NCBI GenBank assembly: GCA_951406725.2
Contig: OX597834.1
Location: forward strand, 11,532,001-11,596,000
DNA: 64,000 nt
Direction of reading: 5' to 3'
Source: Octopus vulgaris
Taxonomy: Eukaryota
Position numbers and translations under genes: made by a program. Numbering within the stretch: the stretch's first letter is position 1; each line of letters starts with the position of its first letter. This document shows positions 13,761 to 27,920 of the stretch, one piece after another. The notes beneath the pieces are model-generated. The model did no database searches. It worked only from the letters and a program-made list of their open reading frames with translations, and was not told the DNA's origin.

Positions 13761-14099
13761 AAATGAGCAACATTCTTGAAGTCTACTGAACGTATGAGTA
13801 GACTAAAATAAGTAATTTACCACTTAAAGACCATCTATAACGTTACATATATATATACATACATATATATATATATATATACACATATATATACATACAC
13901 ATATACATACATATATATACATATATATATATACATATATATATACATATACCTATACATACATTTATAGATATACATATATATACATATACATATTTAT
14001 ATATACATATACATACATGCATATACATACATACATATACATACATGCATACATGCATATACATGCATACATACATATACATATACGTATGCATGTATT

Positions 14100-14135
<36 letters not shown>

Positions 14136-14350
14136 TATATATATAAATATATACTTACACAAATATATATATATATATATGTATGCATGCATGTATTTAT
14201 ACACACACGCATATATGTATAAATATATATATATATATGCCTGTATTAATACACACACGCATATATGTATAAATATATACTTACAAATATATATATATAC
14301 ACACAATGGACATATGAATGAAATTCTGAAGAAACAATGTATTTACTTAC

Positions 14351-14503
14351 CGTGTTAAGGTAGGTATACAACATAGCGCCAGTTATCCATTTAGTATTTG
14401 AGTCACAAGTCAGGTTTGTTAAAGGAATTGTTGATTGTTTTGCCATATCTTCAAGACCTTTGGCGAAGAGGTAGACGGCGTCAAACATAAGGGCAGCTTC
14501 GTA
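14351..14503 (-). CDS. Next iGluR (kainate-like) exon: YEAALMFDAVYLFAKGLEDMAKQSTIPLTNLTCDSNTKWITGAMLYTYLNT
   Basis: 153 nt, phase 0/0, acceptor cccttgtcatcgtag|TAC, donor ACG|gtaagt; the AALM(F/Y)DAV...L.C....W..G motif is characteristic of the kainate receptor ATD. Confidence 0.93.
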
Positions 14504-14711
14504 CTACGATGACAAGGGTAGAAAAAAATGGTGGAATTAGTAAACATAATAATATATTAGCATATATTAAATTCTATCAGCATATATTAAAATTAAAGAT
14601 TATCAATGTATATTTTTGTGTACCAATAAATGTTCTCAATTACCTGTTATTTCGCAGGAGCACTCTATTACACAGTAACCGTGCTTCAGATCATGTATCA
14701 CTCCTTCATGT

Positions 14712-15119
14712 GAGTACTAATCTGATCAATAAGTATCCGGATTTTTGGTGTAATAATAAAGCTAAGGCACATCAGAGTGAAGACACTTACTTTAGCTCTT
14801 TACAGCAGTGCTTGGAAGGAAGGTGTGTAGCATGTGATCGTCGCATTGACCATCATAAAGAAAGTTGAGATGATCTGCATCAAATTTTGCACAAAGTTTG
14901 GTTATACCTGCTCAGAAGACCTACGCAAAGTTTTCAAAACTGCTTCATCGTTCTCGAAACAATGAAGGAGATCTTGTGCAGCTGAAAACCAAATATTTTA
15001 TGGCCAACTGAAAGCAGTTTTGGCACAAACTTAACAGACACGCGTCTCATACCAAAATGTTCAGTGACAATGGATTGAACTGAACCGTAACTAATCTTCA
15101 TAACCTCTGATAACTCACA
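14712..15119. pseudogene. Rearranged mariner remnant (N-terminus on +, HTH/WVPH-type segment on -)
   Basis: + strand: CIKFCTKFGYTCSE; - strand: [33 protein letters not shown]. Confidence 0.75.
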
Positions 15120-16246
15120 AGTATATATGTATATATACATACATGTATATGCATATATACATACATGTACATACATGTATATATATACATGTGTATATAT
15201 ATGTATGTATATATGTATATATATATATACATGTATATATATGTATGTATAATTATATAAACATATATACATATATATATGTATATATATATATATAACT
15301 TTCTACTCTAGGTACAAGGCCCTTCATTTTGGCGGGAGGGTGCTAGTCGATTAGATCGACCCCAGTACGCAACTGGTACTTAATTTAATGAGCCCGAAAG
15401 AATGAAAGGCATATTCGACCTCGGTGGCATTTGAACTCCCAACCTTTTTGCCAGCTAGCTGCCTTTTATATTCAGAGAGAGAGAGAGAAAGAAAGAGAGA
15501 GAGAAAGAGGGTGTGAGACATATAGAGACATACAGAATGATAGACAATACGATATTTGTTTGAAAGCCAGCAACTTTAGGGGAGATGGTTAGTTTATTAC
15601 ATCGACCCCATTGTATGACTGGTACACATTTTATCATCTGCGAGAGGTTGGCAGGTAAATTTCATTGATAGTGTTTGAACTCTTAACATAATTACCACAA
15701 AGCATTTAGTATCAAAAGCTAACGATTCGGCCTGCTCACCGTCTTTGAAGTGTAAATGAAATTGAAAGAAAGAATTACTTGTAAATAGAAAGAAATTGAA
15801 GTAAAACAGATAGAAAAACGAAAAGAAACAATGCTGAACAGAAAATGAATGCAAACGATCAGAAAGACAGAAGAAAATGTGGAAATGATAAAGTACATTT
15901 AAGTGTTTAATGTAAAATAAGATTGGATGACTTAAAAATGTAGTGTGGCAGGAAAGATGTGTACTGTTAGAAAACAAGACAGAAAAAGGGGAGATGATTT
16001 GTGTCGCATATTTGTACAGTCAGCCAGAATAAAATAAAATATTGTGTGAAGAAATAGAGTTGAATAAAAAGACGTGAGTATGGCTGTGTGGTTAAGATGA
16101 TCGCTTTGCAATCACCTGGCTTAGGGTTCGGTCACACGGCGCAGCACGTTGGGGGAACTGATCTCTACTATAGCAACGCGCCGACCAATAGTTTGTGAGT
16201 TAAGTTGTTAGAAGGAAACTGCGTGAAGACCCGATGTTTGTGTGTG

Positions 16247-16278
<32 letters not shown>

Positions 16279-16895
16279 AGACAAGCACGCAAATGGAGAC
16301 TGCAGCACATAACCATATATACACTAACACACACACTTTACTCCAAACAAGGACACATATGGAGACAAGTGTCCACACATATAGAGATGAACATCCATCC
16401 ATACAAACATGGTACTTAGTTGCAAAACACACACACAAGGAGACAGAGGTACATACATTTACAAACACACACTCACACACAAACATGCATAAAAAATACA
16501 CAAACACGGACATGCAAGCACATGAATATGCAGATACATACATACAAATGCACACACATACATATATACATACACACATGTATACATACACACACATACA
16601 TACATATACACATACATACGTACATCAATGCATGCATAGGCATACACATACTGACCTACACATATGCGCACAAAGAAAAAGGCACGCAGTGTAAATAATG
16701 GACAGTCAAGACTATTGAAAAGGTGCAAGATGCAACGGAAATTTTAGGAAATTAAACATAAGAAATAAGTGGAAATTTTACCGGTGTGTGTAAATGACTC
16801 TTCCCAGACACAACAGAATATGCTTCAACACACGAACTCACATAAAGAATCTTGTAACCCAAATCCCAAAACGAAATACATACATATGTATACAC

Positions 16896-16946
<51 letters not shown>

Positions 16947-16947
<1 letters not shown>

Positions 16948-17110
16948 GGGCATTATACATACATGCCAGAAGGCATTATATATATACATGCCAAACGCTA
17001 AGAGGGACAATTAGTCATTTCTACCCATTTTGGTAGAAATGACTAATTGTCCCTCTTAGCGTTTGGCATGTATATATATAATGCCTTCTGGCATGTATGT
17101 ATAATGCCCT
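16947..17110. repeat. Perfect inverted repeat, 79-bp arms, 6-nt loop, within (TA)n
   Basis: 16947-17025 is the exact reverse complement of 17032-17110. Confidence 0.95.
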
Positions 17111-17238
17111 CTATATATAAATTAATATGTTCAATAAGAAATAATTATTTTCGAAATTTTTTCTCTTATGAGGTTTTTACGCTATCTACCTGACAATTTC
17201 TTGCTAAGTTTTCCTTATTAAGTAGTTGTCCTTAATTG

Positions 17239-17277
<39 letters not shown>

Positions 17278-17717
17278 AACACATACATACACACACATAT
17301 ATATATATACATGCACATATATATATATATATACACATACACACACACACGCACACATATATATGCGTGTGTGTGTGTATATATATATGTATCATCGCCA
17401 GTTAATGTTTGTTTTCCATGCTGGCATGGGTTAGACAGTCTGATAGAAACTGGCTAACCAGTGAGCTGCATGCCCTTCTCAACACCAAACACTCGAAGAG
17501 TGCATTTACTGCTGTTTACGTGCTACCTGCGCAAGTGCCATTTAAATGATACCGGCATGTGCCTCAACTGCGATTTCACGGGTGCCATTTACATGACACT
17601 GGCCACGTCTCTAAGCAATATTTTTTTTATGTCACCCACAACCACTCGATAAACCGGTATGGTTTCGTTTATCTACATAGCAGTTGTGTCAAAGAGACAG
17701 AATAAGCACCACATATT

Positions 17718-17950
17718 AAGGCGGTGAGCTGGCAGAAGCGTTAGTACGCCGGGTGAAATGCTTAGCGGTATTTCGTCTGCCGTTACGTTCTGAGTTCAAA
17801 TTCCACCGAGGTCGACTTTGCCGTTCGTCCTTTTGGGGTCGATAAATAAAGTACCAGTTACGCACTGGGGTCGTGGTAAACAACTTAATCCCTTTGTCTG
17901 TCCTTGTTTGTCCTCTCTGTGTTTAGCCCCTTGTGGGTAGTAAAGAAATA
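17718..17950 (+). mobile_element. SINE family B nested in an old family A tail, ~18-bp TSD (agaataagcacca.atat)
   Basis: Homology plus duplicated flanks. Confidence 0.85.
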
Positions 17951-19679
17951 AGAATAAGCACCAGATATCTAAAAAAAATGTATAAATAATGTAGGCTGAT
18001 ATGCGCCACTGAAATCTTTAAGACGATGTTCCAGCATGGCCGCAGTCCAGTGAGTGAAACAAAGAAAAGATAACTGATGAAAGAAATCGAAGCATTCAAT
18101 GAAAGTCAGACAGAAAGAATGAAACGACGGAAAAGTTTGATAAAACGAAAGAAAATGTAATGGAAAGTAGTTGACATTCAAAGACAAATTAACTTAGTCT
18201 TAAAAGCAATCAATACAACCAACAGTTATCAAAAAGAACGATTCTTTCCCCAAAATAGAAATTAATCAAATCAATCAAGCATCTATCGATTTACTTCGGT
18301 GTTTACGCACTGCTGGATTTTTTTTTTTTTTTTTTGTTTTTGCTTTCTGATTTTGTTTTTGTTTTATGTGGGGTACATATTTTTTTCTCTTATTTATTCG
18401 GCATTAAACTTTTTTTTTTTTTAACAAACCATTTTTTGCTTTCTTCATGATCATTATCATTGTTATTATTATTATTATTCGGTTACTCTCTTGCTATTTT
18501 ATTATTCAACCATTTGCGGATTTGCGGGCACTTATGTACCAATAAAAACTGTTCCGATAAACACACGCACGCACATACACTCATACACACACACACATTA
18601 ACTGATAAACTATTGCGATAGATACATATATACATACATACATACTCACACACACATACATACATACATACATACATATACACACATATATATATATATA
18701 CATCAGCACACATACACAAACACACACGTATGTGTTTACTGCTAAATGTATTCTTTGAAATGGACGTCTATATTTTGGAACAATTTTACAAAGTTTCTTT
18801 TCGCTTTCATATCTGATATATCGATCATTATATATTTTGGGTAGGAGGAAGCCCATACCCTGTTAGGTAGGAGGAGGGCAGAATTAAACGTTCTGATGTT
18901 CATTTATTTTACAAATATCTAAAGCGAAGAATAGAAATTCTTTTGAATTGGTTTGGAAGAGTAATTGATTCACTGTTCCGATACCTCGAAATGTGAATTC
19001 TTCCATTATAATGAGCACCATTTAATTACTCTTTGATATTTGTTTCCGTGATGCCAGCTATGTAAAACATGACTTAATTTACTAACGAATTACTTAATTA
19101 CTTATTTAGGTAAGTAAATCATGTAGTTTATTTAATTAACTAACTAATTGGTAAATTACTTAGTGAAGAATGATTTTTCCATTTAATCTTTATTCTCGAC
19201 ACTCACCTTGGCATTACACGAGTATCTTTCTCAGAGAAATGTCTGTCTATAAGTGTGTGCACGTCTGTATGTATGTGGGTTTACGCATACGTCATATACA
19301 TATACACTATATATATATATATACACATGTTCGTGTGTGTGCACGAGTGGGTGTATGTGTGTTTTCAGACGAACTATTAAACTTCAAGCGAAACAGCTAA
19401 AGCTATATATAATAGCTTGCAAATCTTTGGTTCATAAAGGCGAACGCTTCGAGTTCCATCTTTCCAATAAACAATACGTATACATACATAGTCATACATA
19501 CATACATACATACATACATACATACACACATACACACATACACACATACATAATGCATACATGCATACATAATGCATACATACATATGTAGATGAGTAAA
19601 AGCACATTTATATATACTGTCAGGATAGAAAAATGCACCAAGATATATATATATATATTATATATATTTATATATGTAT

Positions 19680-19947
19680 GGAGGCGCAATAGGCCCAGTG
19701 GTTAGGGCAGCGTACTCGCGGTTTCAATTCCCAGACTGGGCGTTGTGAGAGTTTATTGAGCGAAAACACCGAAAAGCTCCACGAGGCTCCTGCATGGGGT
19801 GGTGGTGATCCCTGCTGTACTCTTTCGCCACAGATTTCTCTCACTCTTTCTTCTGTTGGCCTGCTCGTCATTTGAAAGCTAAAACAATGCGAAGCGCATT
19901 GTGACCAGCGATGTGTAGCAACATCTGATAGTCTGGTCGGTCACGGT

Positions 19948-19950
<3 letters not shown>
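19680..19950 (+). mobile_element. SINE family C, tail type 2, ending in (TA)n
   Basis: Homologous to 44281 and 50010. Confidence 0.85.
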
Positions 19951-20004
<54 letters not shown>

Positions 20005-20007
<3 letters not shown>

Positions 20008-20575
20008 GTTGGTCTCTCGTTCAACTATGTGCTCCACATAATAATCAGTGCGGATGCAGTCTAGAGAGTTAGGTGGCCAAATGTTAGGGATGATGTGGTC
20101 GCAAAAATTGTCTGACAGTCCTGACTGGGTTCTCCCAATTGTGTTGCATGGTGCACAATCCTTTTGCCATCCTTTTTACCCACCCCAGCATTACCTCATC
20201 TAGGCAACTGATGTAGGCCTCCGTGTTAAGTCTGAGACCGTGTGGGACATTGTATGTAAGCATTACGTCGTCGTCACTATCGATCGCTCAAAACATCTTG
20301 TTGTTGACTGGATGTCCTCAGATTGCAGTCTCCAGATTGACATCCAAACACTCTCAAATGTTCGTATCGAAGCTTCCGGTGGCGCGAATGCCAAGCAGTA
20401 CAGCAAATCGTTTCCAAATTTCTGGAAGTGTAAATTGCGTCATGGTGCTGTTTCTTTCACACACGGTGCCCAACTGACCCTATTATACTATATAGTTGAC
20501 AAAATCGAAAACAAACAAATCGCAATCACGAAACAAAAAGAAATAAAATGGCGACAGTTTACCCTTCGCACCCTG
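20005..20575 (-). pseudogene. Internally deleted Tc1/mariner-superfamily (DDxD-type) transposon
   Basis: TA|cagggtgcgaagggtaaactgtcgcc TIR at 20575; MTQFTLPEIWKR start; PHGLRLNTEAYI and WQKDCAPC...WPPNSLDC...DYYVW motifs. Confidence 0.85.
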
Positions 20576-20585
20576 TATATATATA

Positions 20586-20656
<71 letters not shown>

Positions 20657-21474
20657 CGATGAATAGCTTTGCGTAAACCATGGTCCGTTTTGTTCTCTTA
20701 CTTTATTATCACCTTATAATCATCTCATAATAATGACTTTTTTATGACTCGTATTACTACCTCAGTCAATCTAAATGTATATATTTGTTGTTACCTGTCA
20801 TAAATAGCCTTTTTTTTATTTGCAATGTGCATTTTCGTTGTTTTTTCATATTTTACCCCTATATATATATATATATATAGGCTTGAAACTTAGGCACAGG
20901 ACCAGCAATTTTGGGGAGGGATACGTCGATTACATCGACCCTAGTGCATTACTGGTACTTGTTTTATAAATCCTGAAAGGCATGTTCATTCTCCAAGAAC
21001 TTTGAAACTGACAAAATGCCGAAAAGCATTTTGCCCGGCGAGCTAATGGCACAGTCAGAACGCCTCCTTGTACGCATATTAATATATCATAATGTGTGTG
21101 CTTATAATTTATACGGTCTGATAGAAATTGCATGAAGGTAACAAGGATGGAGAAGTCCATTTGCATTTGTGTACATCAAAAAAGAAATACGCAATAGGTC
21201 TTGTATTACATTCTAACACAATTCTATGAAGAGAATCTCCTATTTTGTTTCCTTTTGTTTATTTTACTTTGTTATTATTTTTTTTTTATATTTCTACTTA
21301 TGCAGACCAATCAAGGGAAACACAGATCAATTCTGTTTGGGTCTATAATATTACATATGGAGTTTTAAATATTGAATACTGGTTATTTGATACGTGATAT
21401 GTACACCCAAACACACACGAACACAGACCAAACACATAGCATACACATCCATATACATAACATAACTTATGCAC

Positions 21475-21514
<40 letters not shown>

Positions 21515-22108
21515 TGTTTTTGTACCTCGTTATTTTTACGTGTTTTATATGTAAAAGTATTTTGATATCACGCCAACGATAGGAATATGGCTGCAGCTGG
21601 AATATACAATTACTGAAATATGTTAGTATGAAATAAATAGCTGATGTCGCTAGGGTCGATTAAATCTTCCGTCCGCTGGCACACATGCCCACACACACGC
21701 TCCAGCGCACCCACAGATGCACACATACACGAACGCAAACACACATTATATATGACGGGGGCGGGTGTCGTTAGGAACGTTAAAAGTAACCACCACCTAT
21801 AAATGTAAACTATTCAATGTAGGAAATTATGAGATGCATTGATATTTCAATATAATAATCTGGCACAAAGGTTATTTTTTCTTTCTTTTCTTTTCTCTTT
21901 AATGTGTGGTTTGGTTGAAGATATTAAAGAATATATTATCCTGAAACATATGGAAGAAGCCAAGACAAAAGTCATTGACTGTTTGGAAACAAGTATTATA
22001 AGAAACTGATCGATGGACAAACCGTGTGTTTAAGAAACTTACGACTTACCTATAGGAGCTAAATGATAAATGCCATGAAACAAGGATAGTCAAGACCCCC
22101 AAGATCAA

Positions 22109-22525
22109 TACTCTTTACTCATTTACTTGTCTCAGTCTTGTGACAGCGGCCATGCTGGAGCATCGCCTTTAGCTGAGCAAATCGGCCCCAGGTCTTATTC
22201 TTTGTAAGCCTGGTAATTATTCTCTCGGTCTCTTTTGCCGAACCGCTATGTTACGGGGACTTAAACGCGAGAGCATCGGTTGTCAAACGATGTTGGGGTG
22301 AGAGTCGCAAAACCACACACACACACATACTGACACACACACACACATATATATGTATATATATATACGACAGGCTTCTTTCATCTCCGTTAACCAAATC
22401 CACTCACAAGGCTTTGGTCGGGTATAGTAGAAGTCACTTGTTGAAGGTGCCAGGCAGTGGGACTGAACCCGGAACCATGTTGTTTGGTAAGCAAGCTACT
22501 TACGACCCAGCCACTTATGCGCCTA
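22109..22525 (-). mobile_element. SINE family A
   Basis: Homology to other copies. Confidence 0.85.
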
Positions 22526-22535
22526 TACACGCACG

Positions 22536-22624
<89 letters not shown>

Positions 22625-22895
22625 GTGCATGGTGACCGACAAGAAACTCCTTTTGTTGAAGGCTATCAAGTCTGTAACATCTCTGTGCAAAAGAATCTAA
22701 GTCACTTCCGGACTGATATATCACGCTTGTGATGGGACAGGTTCTGATATTTTCGCGAACGAGGAGGCAGCCATCCTACACTCTCCTCACACACACAAAT
22801 AGGTGTCTTTTGTGGATTTCAGTCTGCGTATCACCTTGGATAAGAATTTTCTGCCATAGGCCGGGGCTGACCAAAGCCTCATGAAACCCGCCGTG

Positions 22896-23070
22896 ACGCC
22901 ATGATAGATCGTTAGCTCATACACGCATTTTTTTCTCACCTCGTTTCTCTTCTCTGTATCTTTCTGACGAAGAGCGTAGGCTCGAAACTTAAAAGACTTT
23001 TTCTATTCCTGAGCGCTATACTAATACATTTGTATGTTTGTACTCCACCTGCCTTCGTCTTTTGCTTGTT
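22896..23070 (+). mobile_element. Family P1 element with hammerhead motif (22959-22996), canonical CUGACGA core
   Basis: UCUUU-CUGACGA-A-GAGC guag GCUC-GAAA-CU-UA-AAAGA (stem III G changed to U); ends in long (TA)n. Confidence 0.75.
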
Positions 23071-23086
23071 TTCGTAAACCTTCCCG

Positions 23087-23142
<56 letters not shown>

Positions 23143-23524
23143 CTAGCAGTATCGCCCGGCGTTGCTCAGGTTTGTAAGGGAAATAACTATAAAGCATTTT
23201 TAGAGAGTTATAGCCAAAAAATAGCAAAAAAATAGAAAAAAAATGATGGTAAATTTTTTTTTTAGAGTAAAAAAAGGTTGAGTTGCGTCCCCTAGACAGT
23301 CTGTGGTTTATTTTTTTTTGATTCTCGACCCCATGTCGAATTTATCGATTTTTTTTCAGAACTGGGGGAACTTTTCAAAATTTTCGCTGCGTTAGTTTTG
23401 AATTATGACATTGGGCTATGTGTGTGTCAGTTTCATCAGAATCGGTTGAAAGCCGTGGTCAGGGTGAGGGTACAAGCAAACAGACACACAGAAACACGCA
23501 CAGACAAACTGCCGTTTATATAGA
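23143..23524 (-). mobile_element. Non-autonomous Helitron
   Basis: 5' TC(tatataaac), 3' hairpin cctgagcaacgccggg plus CTAG|T; 3' end shared with 30847 and 63721. Confidence 0.8.
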
Positions 23525-23569
23525 TATATATATATATATATATATATATGGTGTGTGTGTGTATCTAAG

Positions 23570-23775
23570 TATCTTTGGGTTTGTATCTCCATCACCGCTT
23601 GACAACCGGCGTTGGTTTGTTTACTTCCCAGTGACTTAACCGTTTGGCATGAGAGACAAATGGAATAAGTACTAAACTTGAAAATAAGTCCTGCTGTCGA
23701 TTTGTTCAGCTAAAACCCTTCAAGGCGAAGCTCTAGCGTGGCCGCAGTCAGGTGACTGAACAATTAAAGCAATAA
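23570..23775 (+). mobile_element. Diverged SINE family A tail
   Basis: Homology; inverted relative to the adjacent copy at 23801. Confidence 0.75.
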
Positions 23776-23800
23776 CAGTATAACAGAATATGTATATATA

Positions 23801-24214
23801 CTCTTTTACTTGTTTCAGTCATTTGACTGCGGCCATGCTGGAGCACCGCCTTTAGTCGAACAAATCGACCCCAGGACTTATTCTTTGTAAGCCTAGTACT
23901 TATTCTATCGGTCTCTTTTGCCGAACCGCTAATTTACGGTGACGTAAACACACTAGCATCAGTTGTCAAGCGATTTTGGTGGGACAAACACAGACACACA
24001 AACACACACACACACACATATATATATGTATATATATATATACATATATACGACGGGCTTCTTTCAGTTTCCGTCTACTAAATCCACTTACAAGGCTTTG
24101 GTCGGCCCGAGGCTATAGTAGAAGATACTTGCCCAAGATGCCACACAGTGGGACTGAACCCGGAACCATGTGGTTGGCAAGCAAGCTACTTACCCTACAG
24201 CCACTCCTGCGCCT
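23801..24214 (-). mobile_element. SINE family A, full length
   Basis: Complete head and tail. Confidence 0.9.
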
Positions 24215-24428
24215 ATATGTATGTATTTATCTGCAAAATCTGAATATATTCACAAACACATTGATATACGAACACACAGGCACATATACGCACTCACATC
24301 CTCACAATAGCACACGTATTCATACACCTACACCTACAAAACGCATGGTAAAGTTAAAAATTTCTCCATAGACTGAAAAATGATGAACAGCTTTAACTGA
24401 ATTTCGGCTCTTATTAGCGTCTTATCAG

Positions 24429-24467
<39 letters not shown>

Positions 24468-24859
24468 TTTCACCTGACTAACCCCAGAGATATATGTAAG
24501 CAATCTATGCATATACACACTGCATAACCAGTAAGAAAATATTCAATCGAAGATCAAAGAGGCCGAGAAATCCAAAGAGGAATCTATAAAGTTTTAAAAT
24601 GCCTGTAACAAAAATTTCGCACAAAATAGTATGATTTCACATTTATATTCCAGACATTATTTGGGTAAGACTTAATTAGTATAGTAGCAATATTTTAAGA
24701 AAAGAAATGTAATACTGCAAAAATAATTGGAATGCTAAAAATCTGCTGCTTCATATACTTATGTCATAGCTAAGCTGGACATTTACAAGTTTATAATCTT
24801 CCTACACAAATATTTACGTTGGATTTCAGTGGCCATTTCTTTAAAAGTGTCGTTAATTA

Positions 24860-25220
24860 TACCTATTTCTTTACTACCCACAAGTGGCTAAACACAGTGA
24901 GGACAAACAAGGACAGACAAACGGATTAAGTCGATTACATCGACCCCAGTGCGTAACTGGTATTTATTTAATCGACCCCGAAACGATGAAAGGCAAAGTC
25001 GACCTCGGCGGAATTTGAACTCAGAACGTAAAGACAGACGAAATACCTATTTCTTTACTACCCACAAGGGGCTAAACACAGAGAGGACAAACAAGGATAG
25101 ACAAACGGATTAAGTCGATTACATCGACCCCAGTGCGTAACTGGTATTTATTTAATCGACCCCGAAAGGATGAAAGGCAAAGTCGACCTCGGCAGAATTT
25201 GAACTCAGAACGTAGCGGCA
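24860..25220 (-). mobile_element. SINE family B tandem dimer
   Basis: Two head-to-tail units joined at aagaaata|ggtatttcgtct. Confidence 0.85.
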
Positions 25221-25642
25221 ACATCATTTCATTGCGTTCACATCAACACACACACAAAAGAAAAAAAAAAGCATACATACACACTCATAAATATTAGCTA
25301 TAAATCTATCACACCGTCGTCATCTCTTCCACCCTTCCTCTCTTTCCCTCACCCATTCTTTCAGGCTCTCTCTTACTCACTCACTCACTATTCCCCCCAC
25401 ACTTACTCTCTCCATATACGCACGAATTGTGCGCGTACGTGTATATGGGCCTGTATATATAGAAACAGGTGTTGGAGTATGGAAAGCATGTGCTTCCTGA
25501 TTATATAGCTCCGGATTTAGCCACAGTGCGTGGCATATTGGGCAGGTGAATTCTACTCTAGCCTTGAATCGACAAAGGACTTCCAAGTGGATTTAGTTGA
25601 AGGAAACTAAAAAAGCCCATCGAATACACACACACGCAGAGA

Positions 25643-25679
<37 letters not shown>

Positions 25680-26364
25680 TATTTGTACGTATGTATAGAT
25701 ATGCACGCTTACACGCGCATTTACATTCTTACAACCACCTACTATCCTCTCTCTCTCCCTCTCCTTTCTGTCCATTCGTTCATCCTTACTCCTTGCGTAT
25801 TTATAAATATGCATACGCACACACACAAAATTTCATTTCATGAATTACACGTCTTCGTGAACTCAAAATTTCTGCAAAAATTCTAATCGTACATTTATTT
25901 GTTTGGGAATAAAATACACCACTGGAATTCATTTTGCTTAAATAATTAGCTATCAAGTTAGCATCGATGACACAGTATTGGAATACTCAAGTACTAATTA
26001 TGTTTTATATCACGAATTGGATCAATGTTATAATTAACGCTGCTGTAGTTTCTCTCATAGGAAACAATTATATGAAGCATTTGAACGTGATATTTTTGAT
26101 GTATTGCGTTACATATCTGCAGCCTTCTCTTCCAGTGCAGTATCGTACTGTGTTCTCTAGTAGTACAATGCGTTTGCTAAAGCGTATACACAATTGTGGT
26201 TATGATTCGAAATATGTGTCCGGTAAAAGGACACCTAAGTACCAGATGCAGAAATTATTTGAAGTGTTTAGTTACATAGCTACATGCCTTTACTTAATTC
26301 AGTTATGATTGTTTGTGTGAATGTGTGTAATTGTGTGCGCATGTGCCCATTTATATATCTAAGA

Positions 26365-26515
26365 GAGTGTGCTGAAAATGTCCTATTTTGGAGTAAAAGA
26401 AACAACAGGGAGGTCAGTTAATTAGGATTTTATTCATCATGTTGCCTTCTCAGACACACACACTTATTGTAGCAGTCCTTCAGTTTTTCTAAACCCGGTA
26501 AAAGAAGTCACCTTG
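26365..26515 (-). mobile_element. Mariner 3' end fragment (same family as 33650-33835)
   Basis: gctgaaaa.ttcct TIR-like end and cagttaatta.gattttattca shared between the two loci. Confidence 0.5.
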
Positions 26516-27034
26516 AAGACGACGTATGATTGCTAAGCTTTTGGCGAACGATTTGCACAAAAAATTTCTTTATACTGCCCCATTAGCTTATCTGAAAAGG
26601 TGCGTGGTGTACGACACGTTAAGCGTTGAAGTGATCGCAGAAAAACATAAGATGCGTTCAAGAACAGAATGCAATACCCGGTCTGGAAATTGAAACAACG
26701 AACTCCCGATTGTTAGTGCAACACTCTAACCACTAAACAATGCACCCTCGAAACATATATAAATATATTATCATTTCAAACTTTAGCACTATGCCAGCAA
26801 TTTCGGGGAGGGTGTAAGTCGTTTAACATCGACCCCCAAAGAATGAAAAGCAAGATCGACCTTGCTGGAATTTGAATGCCGGTGTATGCCATATGCTTAT
26901 TCAGAATGCGTACTTGAATGTTTCTCTATGACCTTATGTGTGTGTGTATATATTAGACAAATATATATATATGTGTATGCAGGTTATACGTATATTTTAT
27001 ACATATATGTTTTCATATATGCCTATTACATACA

Positions 27035-27283
27035 TTATATTATGATTTGTAATGTATATATATATATATATATATATAGGTTGATAGATACATAAATATA
27101 TAGATAGACTGATAGATATGATGTGCGTGTATATATATGTATATATATATATATACATGTGTGTGTGTATGTGTGTGGAGAACTATATACACATACAGAT
27201 ATATGCAGGCACTTATATTCATTTATGGATGTATGCATATACATCTGATATATATACATACACACACACACATATATATACAT

Positions 27284-27316
<33 letters not shown>

Positions 27317-27323
27317 CACACAC

Positions 27324-27354
<31 letters not shown>

Positions 27355-27399
27355 TATATATATACACACACACATATATATATATATATATACATACAT

Positions 27400-27439
<40 letters not shown>

Positions 27440-27497
27440 ACACACACACACACACATATATATACATACACACACACACACACACATATATATACAT

Positions 27498-27550
<53 letters not shown>

Positions 27551-27574
27551 TACAAACACATATATATATACATA

Positions 27575-27622
<48 letters not shown>

Positions 27623-27629
27623 CATATAT

Positions 27630-27698
<69 letters not shown>

Positions 27699-27920
27699 CA
27701 TACATACACATACATGCACACACACACACACACCTATCTATATCTCATTTTCTTTCTCAATTTCTGTGTTTGTGTATTTTTTATGTGTTTGTATGTTTGC
27801 ATGTGCGCCTGTGTTTATGCGAGTGTATGTGCGTTTGCATACGCGTGCGTATCTGTACGTGTGTGCGTATCTGTGTGTTTGATCCTGTGTGTTTGTGTGT
27901 GTGTGTGTTTGTGTGAATAT
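27035..27920. repeat. Long compound (TA)n/(CA)n microsatellite
   Basis: Directly visible; gives multi-frame spurious ORFs. Confidence 0.95.

Noticed and set aside
24395-24432. CUGAUAA...GAAAUUC motif (-)
   Set aside because: C3/A8 mismatch, weak stem II and no stem I
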